A stretch of 64,000 bases of DNA from Azolla caroliniana (Eukaryota; Plantae; Polypodiophyta): contig JBHGNT010000014.1 of assembly GCA_043228905.1 (NCBI GenBank), forward strand, positions 18,662,001 through 18,726,000, read 5' to 3'. Within the stretch, counting starts at the first letter, position 1. Each line of letters starts with the position of its first letter. Positions 1 through 10,685 of this stretch are shown here, one piece after another. Below the pieces are notes generated by a model, which ran no database searches, was not told where the DNA came from, and saw only the letters and a list, made by a program, of their open reading frames with translations. A program made the translations under genes and the position numbers.

Positions 1-72
1 AAATGGTTTGGTTTAGTTTGGTTTGGTTTGGTTTCAATGTCAAGAAACTGAACCGAACCGCGCCCATTGCTA
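1..72. mobile_element. Right end of a hAT-like MITE inserted into an L1 remnant (partial, window edge)
   Basis: GGTTT/AACCG subterminal repeats followed by ...CCCATTGCTA (reverse complement TAGCAATGG, hAT-like terminus). L1-derived sequence resumes immediately after. Confidence 0.45.
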
Positions 73-79
73 GTGGTTA

Positions 80-486
80 TATCACAAATTGGGCATCGAT
101 AACAGACAATATTTTGTCACCTTTTAATTGGGTTTTTATTGATGACGATAAAGGCATGCTTGCACCATCATATAAGGTTGTGTTTGACTACCTTAGGTAT
201 TGGGGGATGTAGTTTAACTGGACCATGAGAAATGGGTTCTTGTTTGATGGAATTCATGGGGTAACACAACAACTTCGTAGGATGAAAGGGAAATTGAAGT
301 GGCAATTTTCGCAACTATGTTGTTTGGGGACATTGTCCCGAGAGGAGATAGAGGTATGCCATCTAGTTTTGCAACACTTGAGAGGGTTTCCCATGCATTA
401 TCACTACTCATGACGTAGTGAAGATAGCAAGGGTTGTATTATCATCTTGTTTTAATAACAAAACATTGATTTACGAAAAAAAAAAA
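80..486 (+). mobile_element. 3' end of an L1-type LINE (ORF2 C-terminus, 3'UTR, poly(A))
   Basis: Peptide WASITDNILSPFNWVFIDDDK...YLRYWGM*..MRNGFLFDG is nearly identical to the minus-strand copy at 41344-41838. Ends in an A-tract at ~476-486. Confidence 0.8.
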
Positions 487-519
487 GGTCCTAAATGCAA
501 CTAGCATTTCAAATTGTCA

Positions 520-1078
520 CTACAAGCAACAACCTTCATATGGAGATTATTGATTTGGGGTTTAGCTTTGGGATTGCCTCTAAAGAGACGTGAATTACCA
601 ACATGCAGTTGCTTCTTTTGCATTGATCAATAGAAGATACTACTCATTGTTTTGTACATTGTCTGATTGCTCCTCACATTCAGGGTTATGTTTCTTAGGT
701 TTGGAAGTTTTGTCACGTTGTTATTTGATGACAAGACCACTTGTATTCGCACAATTTACATAGTGTGGCCCAAGATCTGAGGTGGAGATCATTTTCCTCT
801 TTTTAAGATATTGGGGATTACATCATAATCATGATATGCATAATGCTTTTTTATTTGATTGTAGGTGTGGAGTTAGAACATATTTTAAAAGTTCAAGGGC
901 GTATTGATGTGGCAAATTTGTTTATTGGAGCAATTTAAAATTCTTTCCTCAGTGGGAAGTTCGTCTTGCCTATTGGCAATTCGGCATGTCCCACTACCCA
1001 TGCAATGGCATCACTTGGTTTTGGTACCATTATATGTTTTTCATGTGCATTTATTAATAGAATTGTGAGTTTTCATAA
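520..1078 (+). mobile_element. Older, decayed L1 3' remnant ending at a (GA)n microsatellite
   Basis: Degenerate 'LPLKRR..CxFC..H..C' zf-RVT-like segment and 'YWG...HNAFLFD'. Its 3' part (GTCTTGCCTATTGGCAATTC..CCACTACCCATG) matches the reverse complement of 42770-42810. Confidence 0.65.
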
Positions 1079-1130
<52 letters not shown>

Positions 1131-1134
<4 letters not shown>

Positions 1135-2140
1135 TAACATCGATTTCAAAGGTCAAATATGACCTATGAGGCCAAAACTATAATATTTTCACATAGTATA
1201 TATGAAAATGAGTAGTGACTCTCGATGTTCACGAACTTTGGTATAATTGAGAGTGCACAGTATGACTACGGGAGAAATTCATTCAAGGATTTCTTTGGTA
1301 AAATACCATGGAAAGCATAGTCAAATATGATCAAAGGGAGGGCATTGTATAAAGTCTAATATACTTAGGACTCTTGAACTTGTTTAGAAAAATATGCGCA
1401 TACTTGCTTCCCCTGTGAGTAAAGGAAGTCAATGATAGGGACTTCTTTGAAACTCAAGCATATATTGAACAACCCTTTCTATGACCATGATCTCAATGGG
1501 AAGCAATCACGTCTCGAGAAGGACAATATATGATGTTTGTTTCTTGACTTGGAGAAACTTTGTAAGAAAAATGTTTTTGGACATTTTCAACTCTTTCTAA
1601 GTAAACTTAAGGATGCTCTTGCCCTGTGCTTCCACCCCATATAAAAGTAGTGATGTCACCAATGTGTCAATAATGCATTTCTTAAGAACCAAAATTTAAT
1701 TTCTCCACCAATGTATGTGTTCTTAGTGGTGACTAAGTTGGTTTCCACATTATGTCCAAAGTTTGATTGTAAGTCATGCATAGATAGACATTAGGTAACG
1801 GATAAAAAGTCTAACAAGAGCATTCATGGTAGACATTAGTGAAGGAATCCTTTGCTCTTCTTGGTTAATAACAAAATAGAAAAACATTCACGAGTAAATG
1901 CTAATAGTAAGGTAGATTTATGGTTAATGTCTTGTAGGCATTGTTTTGAGACGCCGATCGAATCAGAAAATTCTTGACTTTGCAAATTGACATTTAGTTT
2001 GAAACTCACAACATCACTAAAGAAAGAAGTAGACGACAACCTAAAGAAAAGTTGAAGAAACCAAGAAAAGGTGGTGGAGTCACATAAAAAACAGCAAGAA
2101 TGGACAATTATGTCCACGCAACTAGAGCCAAAAGTCACCC
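1131..2140 (-). mobile_element. Decayed 3' portion of the RTEX-like LINE family
   Basis: 1140-1290 is the reverse complement of the 3' end of the element at 41070-41230 (GGTCAAATATGACCTATGAG; GAGTAGTGACTCTCGATGTTC) and abuts the (GA)n tract. The distal boundary is approximate. Confidence 0.7.
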
Positions 2141-3049
2141 AAGCTCAATGGTGATGGAAATTTGTTACAAAGTCTAAATACCATATACGAAAGCTTCTAA
2201 ATACTAAGCTCCTAATGACATAGCTTTATGATGACCCAAAATGAAACTTAGATGGTTCCTAGAAACAATCATTAGCAAGTAGTCCTGGCGATGACTCTTA
2301 GAGACGTGTTCTAACCACAATGCCAAGCTACAAACTTTAGAAATGTCTTCTTCAAGTTAAGAACCCAATAACCCCTTGTTTTTTCGCATTTTCTAGATGT
2401 TTTTCATGACAATACAGCCATTGTTAACATAATATGTAGTATACTTGAATGCATTAGCAAACATTCGTTTCCATACGAATGAAAACGAATGCGTATGTTA
2501 ACTTTCTTATGTTTTTTTTACACTTTTTATTGTAACTTTCCTACCTTATAATAAACAATGAACACAAAACTATGGTATTTACCATACTTTAAGGGTGTTT
2601 ACCATGCTCGAATGGCGAATGCACGTATGGTTCATACTATGGTTAACACCATATGCAACCATACCAATCATGGGCATGATGGCATGTACAAGCCTAATCT
2701 TACCTACTAGTTCATAAATGAGTATTCCACAATATTGTTTTTAGAAACACCAAATCAAATTTGCACCTACTTGAAAAGTTTTTATGGGTGTACAACTCAT
2801 CTTAGACATACCAAGATATGCAATTGAAGATTTTCATTTACCTTTGTGTTTCAACTAAAAGCTTGACAATATGTTTAAGTGTTGGATTGTAGAAGTTTTT
2901 TGCATCCAAGATGGATATTCAAAATTATCTACATTGCCAACAATCATTTTACACGAATATAACATGCTCTACACTTCATTATCATCACCATGGACAAGGT
3001 CTACATGGTATAATAACATTTAAAATTGTCACTACATTACTATAAACTA

Positions 3050-3275
3050 CAATGAGCATAACATCACAACAAAAATGGCAATCCACATTTTTCAAACAAA
3101 TACATCAATGAGCATAACATCACAACAAAAAATGGCAATCCACATTTTTCAAACAAATACATCAATGAGCATAACATCACAACAAAAAATGGCAATCCCC
3201 ATTTTTCAAACAAATACATCAATGAGCATAACATCAAAACAAAAATGGCACTCCACATTTTTCAAACAAATACAT
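3050..3275. repeat. Minisatellite, ~57-bp unit x4
   Basis: CAATGAGCATAACATCACAACAAAAATGGCAATCCACATTTTTCAAACAAATACAT repeated at ~3050, 3106, 3163 and 3220. It explains the repetitive ORFs in the ORF track. Confidence 0.95.
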
Positions 3276-3788
3276 TTCCCTTATCATCCAAACTTCTCAT
3301 ACCTCACCTGGATTATAGCCATAAATAATAGTCTAATCGTGAAATTGATATATATATATATATATATGGAAGGGTTTCCGTAATCTCCATCACAAATATT
3401 TAAGTTCATGTAACATTCGTCAACATTATTAAGTGTCATGAATTTCTTTTTGAAGTCGCTGCATGCAAATCATTGATCAATTTTGTCAAAAACATAACTT
3501 TACAACTGTTAAAACTAGCTTGATGGAATTTTGTTTCAGTTATAACAAACCTAGAATTTAAAACTACGTCAAGAGAATAATGTATATGTTTACTCAACCA
3601 TCATACCATCTCACCAAAATGGTCCTTCCATTGCAGCATGTTGTAAACTTGTATTCAACTCTATATATGGAAAACCATAAGAGCAAACGTTTATAAAGTT
3701 GGATATTTACATATTATACAATATTTTTGCTTGTGCAACTTTGTCATTGAAGTTAGTAAATTAATCCTCTCTTCATGTATGCGAGAGG

Positions 3789-6700
3789 TCACAACACTGT
3801 AGGAGGTGGTGGAGTCCCAGAAGGAAGGCTGCAACAATCAAATTGTTTATGAGAATTTATATATGCCAATTGGAGTTGTTTTTCAAACAAAAACATTATG
3901 CAATGCATGTAAACCCCATGACAACATGATCCAGGAACAAAAGAGATGTAACTAGCATAAATAAAGCTAAACACAACTATCATATGTATGCCAGATAACT
4001 ACAGTCTAAAGTCTAAAACTGAAAAGGTGGGGGGTTTAAGGTTAATGTCTCTATATGGAGGCCAAATCATCTGTTAACATCTCTAGAAAGGCCACAGTAG
4101 ACTAACCTATGAAACCTAAAACTGAAGAAAGGGGGATGCCGACATCTCTATAGATGCAAAAGTCATCCATTTCTCATTTGAAACCCTAAAATGTACCGCA
4201 ACTATCTCAACCATACCCAAAAATAAAGCTCATGTACTAATAATGGAAGAGCTAGCCTGGTAAACAGTACGCCAATTTGAAATTTCTTAATTATGGTTTC
4301 TGATCCATGATGTGATCAAATGAGAGAGAGTAAAGTAGCTTTACTTCATATAACACGAAATGCTATGCAGCATTATAATTTATAAAGATGCACTAACAAA
4401 ATGATAATAAATGGAAAATACGAATCATACTTGTGCTCTGCAGGATTTGGTACAGTCTCATAAATAGCATTAGTAACCACATCCCTTTTAATCTGCCAGC
4501 AGAAAACTTAATATTAGTTTTTTGCACTGTTACATAAGAAATTTAGTTCATTTAGATAATCCAATAACAGCTTTGATTTTCTTAGAGACAAATCAAAGAC
4601 AGTTACAGACTACAGATAAATTAGTATTATGTACTAGGTCATCCTAGATTAATATACTAGCCAGGAATTCCTTTACCCAGTCAATGAGAATTTAACGGAA
4701 ATCTTTAATGTACTACTAATCCCAGACGAATCTACTAGAAAGGATTTAACGCAGTCAATGAGAATTTAACGCAAAGATTTTAGAACGGCCAATAATTTAA
4801 GCACAAGAAAATATTTTAACAGTTTACCTTATCCATGTTTAAAATTCATCAGGCTAAAAGCTTAGGACTTTTAACTTCTAAAGCAATCCACTTCTAGAAT
4901 TAATCAAGATTGGGAGCTATAGACTTAATAAGATTCACAATTCACCTGTGTAGCTTCACCTTGGAAGCCAATGAAAGATATTCTAGTAGAGTCTCCTCCA
5001 AAACTCATTGGAAAGTGTAAGGTGATATTTGACACACCTTGGAACTTGGGATACCTGTCATTTTTGCATAAGTTACTGTCGGCTATAGCTAGGTTTTGAA
5101 CCACATAGTTTTAAAATAAATTGCAAAAATGCTAGAATTTTCAATCATTAAAAGACTAAAACTAACTTGACAAATAATTTTAATTGATGTAATGTTTTAC
5201 CTTGTCTCATACTCGACATCTCCATTACAATTTTCAACAAGATCCCATTCCTTATTTGCAAAGACAAACCTTGAGTAATCCCAATTTCTTAGAAACAAGG
5301 AAATAAACAAAGGTTTAGCATAAAAACAGTATTACCTGGAGAGGAACCATAGCACCAACCAGAGTGAAATCAAGGTCTTCCCTATTAATATAGCTGAATA
5401 ACAAAAATAACACTTTTCAGCAAAATTTACACAATCCACTAAAAAGTGGAACACTATCAGTACATTTTTTAACACAGGAAAATGACGCATTAGAGCACCA
5501 GGCCTTCCTTCACTAAAATTAACGACAAAATTTTCAACTGACCTATTTCTAGGAATAATATTTCAAACACATATTCTAAAATTTCCCTCAACCCATTACG
5601 TCATTTTTCGTATTTTTCCACTCAACTCCTAAAGAAGAAAAATCTCCCATACCCAAAACACTCATTTAAGATTTTATGGCATTGGATATATGACGTAATA
5701 GACCCAATGGCACCACAATTCATTGTACAGTGAAAAGAGAAGTTTAACTTACTATAACATCAAAACGTATAGACATGTAAATCATGAAAGACTGAAGACA
5801 ATCATGTAACTTATGAAACAGTAGGTCTGAAGACGTGAGTTTATGCATAGAAACACCAAGCGAAAGTTTAAAAGGAATAGAGCTAGGAACATACGCCCTC
5901 ATTTTTGATGGACTTCGACCCTCACCACCTCCAATGACCATTATGCTTTTGATTTTCACATCAGTTGTAAAGCTGCAAATTGTATGAAACACATTGTAAA
6001 AACAAAACATTGCAGAGCTGCGAGATAATACACATTCAATAAAACAACAAGGGCCAAAAACACTAAAACCCTAACTTTTCAGGATTGCCCAAAGTTTCTC
6101 AAAACCAAAACCAGGATATCCATATGTAGTACACAAACTTTGAGCTACATAGTGATAATCTCGTAGTTACCACAGAAAGTCAGGGCATTTTGATGTTTTA
6201 AGGTAAAGACAATGCAATAAATGATAAATTTCCATAGGGAAAAGGAAAAGGAAATTATCAGAAATACTGTTTAATATGAGCGTTAGCATAAATATATAAT
6301 GTTTCATACGGGATATATATGAGAAGTTCTGGATCCCCTTGATTACTCTCCAAGTAGCCCTGTAAAAGGACAGCTATAATGAATCAGCCTGCATGACTAG
6401 TGCACGAAATTACATTATTTCATTCATGAAGACAATTATGGAAAAATTGGATAGTTTCATGGAGTAAACTTATGCAAAAGAATGACTATGACCATTCATC
6501 TCACATCATCCGTGTATGAACGGGAACACGTTAATGCATACTTAGAATCAATGATACCTACAATTGAATCATCCAAACGAAGATCCCAACTTCTGAGAAC
6601 CTTCTTTGAGCTCCCTTCCAGAGACTCGTTCAAAGCCCAAACCTGACAAAATGTGGAAAATCTTCTAATATATCTTTACTGTACGGTTATGATAGAATCA

Positions 6701-7400
6701 TACATAAAAATGATTTATCTTTCTTACATTGCAGGGTGAAAATGTACCGGAACATCACATCCTACTATAACTATAGTGTCGTTATGATCAATACACAGTT
6801 TAAGCATAAAAACACTAATTTTTCTTCGCTTGCAAACTGTAGTTTCACTATAACTTCATATTCCAGTATAACTATATTGTATCGATGTAATCAAGACATG
6901 GTTAAACTTAAAATTTTACAACCTTCTGGTTTTACAAACTGGTACTGCACTGTAACTATACAATATAGGTATACTATAATGTGAACCAAAAGAGAGAGAT
7001 AGCAATTATAGTTATGCTAAAGGAAGACGCCACCGTGATTCTACATTTCTGCGTTCATAATGCATGGAAAGACTTCTTCCTGTATTCTACATTTCTGAGT
7101 TCACAATGAACAACGTAGTTTCACTAAAGAATCCTCTTAATTGGCCTCTTTATGGACGATAAAAATTCTGATTCTAATTAAACATGAACCGACGCAGATC
7201 TAGTAACAATTGGAAAAATGAAATAAAACTCCCTAACACATGTAAATACTCTCTCTCTATCTGCATCTGTTTCTATATTCTCTTCCATTGACTGATCATG
7301 AAAATACCTTGGAGATGTCGATTTGTTTGAAGAGCGAGCAGGACCTGGCAGAAGAAGAAGGGGAAAGAGAATGGTGATTAATAACATGCGACGAATCCAT
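3789..7400 (-). CDS. PITHD1: PITH domain-containing protein (PITHD1 / At2g25950-like), 9 coding exons, ~206 aa
   Basis: GT-AG exons 7400-7308, 6642-6562, 6359-6310, 5972-5895, 5393-5336, 5250-5201, 5054-4946, 4492-4431 and 3828-3789 (last exon least certain) join in frame (621 nt). Product: ...SLFKQIDISKVWALNES...YLESNQGDPELLIYIPFTTDVKIKSIMVIGG..SPSKMRAYINREDLDF..QEWDLVEN..VEYETRYPKFQGVSNITLHFP..FGGDSTRISFIGFQGEATQIKRDVV..IYE..PNPAEH. Confidence 0.93.
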
Positions 7401-7424
7401 ATCCTAACTAAATAATCAGAACGC

Positions 7425-7433
7425 AAACCCTAA
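7425..7433 (+). promoter_or_regulatory. Telo-box (AAACCCTAA) next to the PITHD1 start
   Basis: Exact AAACCCTAA 25 nt upstream of the ATG of the minus-strand gene. Confidence 0.55.
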
Positions 7434-7603
7434 TTATCATCACACTTAGAAAACACATACGTTTATATACATACTTACATACATGAAGCGCCATGGATGC
7501 TTCCAAGGTTTTCTGTAGGAACATTCTAGAAGTATATGTATGTATATCGAAAAATAATAGTAAATAAAGATCATATATATACATATATATATATATATAT
7601 ATT

Positions 7604-7733
7604 CTTACGTCAGCTTTTTTCCACATCAGCGGAACGTGTTTTCCTACGTGGCAAACTAACGGTGAATTCCTGCCACGTCAGCGATTCTGCTGTCCTACGT
7701 GTCAAAAATACCCTCGCGTTTTCCACGTCAGCC
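7604..7733. promoter_or_regulatory. Cluster of ACGT-core motifs (ABRE/G-box/hex-like) upstream of PITHD1
   Basis: TACGTCAGC, AACGTG, TACGTGGC, GCCACGTCAGC, TACGTGTC and CCACGTCAGC within ~130 bp, bracketed by TA-rich runs. Confidence 0.55.
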
Positions 7734-7883
7734 ATATACATATGTATCTAATGCTTGATTGGGAAACTTATCCAAAACACTATGCTCCTAATCCTCAAAT
7801 ACTACAAATATGGCCCCATTATGTTCCCTTTTTAGGATGCCCCAATAAAAAAGGAGGGGACGGAACAATTAACAATCAATCTT

Positions 7884-8875
7884 TGCTCCTTTTACCAGAT
7901 TGTTAATCCTTAACCACTTTATATATATAATGGTTTTACTACATGATGATTCTCTTGACATTCTCCATGCCCATATTGTCCACCACAATCAAATAGAGAA
8001 AAAATAAGGAAAATTGCTTACAAATATGATAGCCACAGATGCAATCCTTCGCTTTGATGTGCTATATTGATGTTATTAGGAACTTAAATTAATTGCAACA
8101 AGGGTAGAGACTCGAGAGACAACATACAACAAAAATAGGGGGCAATGAGTACGTGGACATCATTTGAAGTGCATGCATGTGGCAATCAAGTCTTTACTTC
8201 ATGACATTCACATTGTTGTATGGGATGACAAATCATGATCATTAATGAATTTGGTCCTTACAGTTTACATTCAATTTTATTGTGTTCCAAAGCACAAACT
8301 TTACTCGTTGAAAACATACGATGTAGTGGCGGCATACTAATACAATTGAAAATTGTTTCAGCAAATCGCCCACCTTAGAGCTCATTAATCCAATATGATC
8401 CCCTACATGCCTCGACTACCTTGTATGTTTTCAACGAGAAAAGTTTGTGCTTTGCAACACGATGAGATCGAGGATCAAGTGCAAGGATCAAATTCATCAA
8501 TGATCATGATTTGTCAGCCTAAGTTTGTATAACCATACAACAAAGTGATTGCGTATGTCATCAAGTAGACACTTGTTTGTCTATAACAACTTGTATGTAT
8601 GCATGCACTTCAAATGATCTCCCGATACTCATTGCCCCCTTTTTTGTTGTATGTTGTCTCTCCACCTTGTCGCAATTAATTAAAGTTCATGATAACATCA
8701 AAGTGAAGGATTGCATCAATATCTATAGACTATCATATTTGTACGCAAATTAGTTGAATTTTTCTCTATTTATCTGTGGTGACAATATGGGCACGGAGAA
8801 TGTGAAGAAAACAATTATGTAGTAAAACTATTATATATCAAGTGGTTAAGGATTAACAAATTGGTAAAAGGAGCA
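7884..8875. repeat. ~1 kb foldback (long inverted repeat, arms ~450 bp, loop ~70 bp)
   Basis: Left arm TGCTCCTTTTACCAGATTGTTAATCCTTAACCAC...GCACAAACTTTACTCGTTGAAAACATAC (7884-~8336) is the reverse complement of the right arm GTATGTTTTCAACGAGAAAAGTTTGTGC...GTGGTTAAGGATTAACAAATTGGTAAAAGGAGCA (~8407-8875), with mismatches and indels. Confidence 0.92.
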
Positions 8876-9225
8876 CTTATTGCAACATATTCTCCTTGTT
8901 ACACGTTGTAATGGTTTCGAGACGTCTTTCATGTGTTTTATGTTGAATGTTTAGTTATGAAAAAGAAACTCCGCATGATTATCATATATTTTATGTCAAA
9001 ATATTAGTTATGGTCAAGAAAATGGACATGACTATCATGTGTTTTATGTTCAAACATTAGTTACAAACAATAATAATAAATGCAATGAGGTTATTAAGAG
9101 CTTGAATCTAACATTAACCTGCAACCATCAAATGCACAAGGTTTGTATCGTTATACTTGAACCTTTAACATTATTAACATGACATTCCTATTATATATTA
9201 CACTTGTATACTAAGATTTATACGA

Positions 9226-9325
9226 ACACATTGTATACAAAATTGTCCCAAAGAAAGCACATTGTATGCAATTGCACATTGTATACAAAATTTTGTCCCA
9301 AAGAAAGCACATTGTATGCAATTGT
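9226..9325. repeat. Tandem duplication ~50 bp x2
   Basis: CACATTGTATACAAAATT(TT)GTCCCAAAGAAAGCACATTGTATGCAATTG occurs twice. Confidence 0.85.
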
Positions 9326-10029
9326 CTTCGTATAGATAGTGTGATATTTTCATAGATTTACTATAAATAGGATTCAAAAGTGGCAATCTATTCTTATTGG
9401 TCAAAGATTAATGAAGATCTAGAAATATTCCAATATTTCAAGAACTAAAATCCAACTGACAGATTAATGAAGATTTCACAAATATTCAAGTATTTGAAGA
9501 ACTAACATCTCAAAAAACAACACATTGCATGGTAACACGTTACACTACGACGGTTCACATGGAGGAGAGTTAGAGATCACTACGTTTGCATACATCATTG
9601 AAACTCTTGATATTTAAATCATAAACGAGGGTGTCATGGTAAAGCGCAACAGTCACATTGTCATTATTAAATTGTGACTTTATTAATGTTGCGTACATGA
9701 TCTAAACTCTTCATAAAAGATTAGTCTTCAACTATATACAATAGTTTTCTTTACAAACATTGATTAATTCATCATCCGCCACACAAAGTTTGTTGAAAAC
9801 AAACACGAGTGTATTGGAATGTCAACAATTTCTCATTACTTTTTATTTTATGCACTCTTGATATAGAAAGTATTGCTTTACAATATGAGAATCGAGATTG
9901 ACAATTTGACACATGTATTACCATTTCTTATTTGAAATATATAACTCTCACGTAAACCAATGGGGATGGGGATGTTATTTCATCGAACCCGTATCAACAT
10001 GACAAACTCACCCCTTTAATATAAACTAA

Positions 10030-10245
10030 AATATGAACATCATTAACTAATGGGAAGCACCCCCTTAAAGAAAAATGTGAACATCATTCAAATGTAGCTC
10101 AAATGTGAACATCATTAACTAATGGGAAGCACCCTTTTAAAAAAACATGTGATCATCATTCAAATATAACTACTTTCTTTATTCATCGAGCTAACTCAAA
10201 TGTGAACATCATTCAAATATAACTATTTTCTTTATTCATCGAGAT
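10030..10245. repeat. Compound tandem repeat downstream of the AG-peptide gene
   Basis: Recurring ATGTGAACATCATT core with two alternating tails (AACTAATGGGAAGCACCC.. and CAAATATAACTA..CTTTATTCATCGAG). Confidence 0.8.
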
Positions 10246-10433
10246 AGCTCTCAAACCAATGGGGGATGCTCCAAGGGAACAAATGTGGAGACGCGATCCC
10301 TCTTAGTAATGATTATGATAACCCTATAAATCTCTAGCTAGACTTCAAATAGGTGGATAGTAGAAAAAACATTAAAGCAATGAAAATATATACGTATGTA
10401 TAGCAATATATAGAGAGAGAGATGTGGGATTGA

Positions 10434-10685
10434 TTAATGTAGCAAGCAAAAAGCAAGGAATGTGGATGAAAGGAAAGAGATGAGAGGGATGAAAGGATGA
10501 AAATCATGAAGATGCGCTCCTCCTGATTGATCATTGCCGGAGATTGGGTTTGGGTTTGGGGATGGGGATGGTGCTTGGGCCATGATACCATTAATGTTCA
10601 CCACCACCATCATCATGGACATCATGATCACCACCATGAGAAATTTTGCGCTTGAGGCATTGATTGATCCCATGAGAAAAGCCAT
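10434..10685 (-). CDS. Arabinogalactan (AG) peptide precursor, GPI-anchored, single exon, 83 aa
   Basis: Hydrophobic signal peptide ending ...NGIMA. Mature part begins QAPSPSPNPNP (AP/SP glycomotifs, N-terminal Gln), followed by a small-residue omega region (QSGGA) and a hydrophobic C-terminus (FIPLISFLSSTFLAFCLLH). TC-rich 5'UTR upstream. Confidence 0.88.
   Translation of the reverse strand: MAFLMGSINASSAKFLMVVIMMSMMMVVVNINGIMAQAPSPSPNPNPISGNDQSGGAHLHDFHPFIPLISFLSSTFLAFCLLH

Noticed and set aside
3050-3275. Possible CRISPR-like array or repetitive protein ORFs
   Set aside because: Head-to-tail identical units with no unique spacers in a eukaryotic context. It is a simple minisatellite, and ORFs on both strands are by-products.
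4203-4256. Alternative last exon of PITHD1 (KLALPLLVHELYFWVWLR*)
   Set aside because: Phase-compatible, but the peptide looks intron-like and 3828-3789 has the better acceptor. Not excluded without transcripts.
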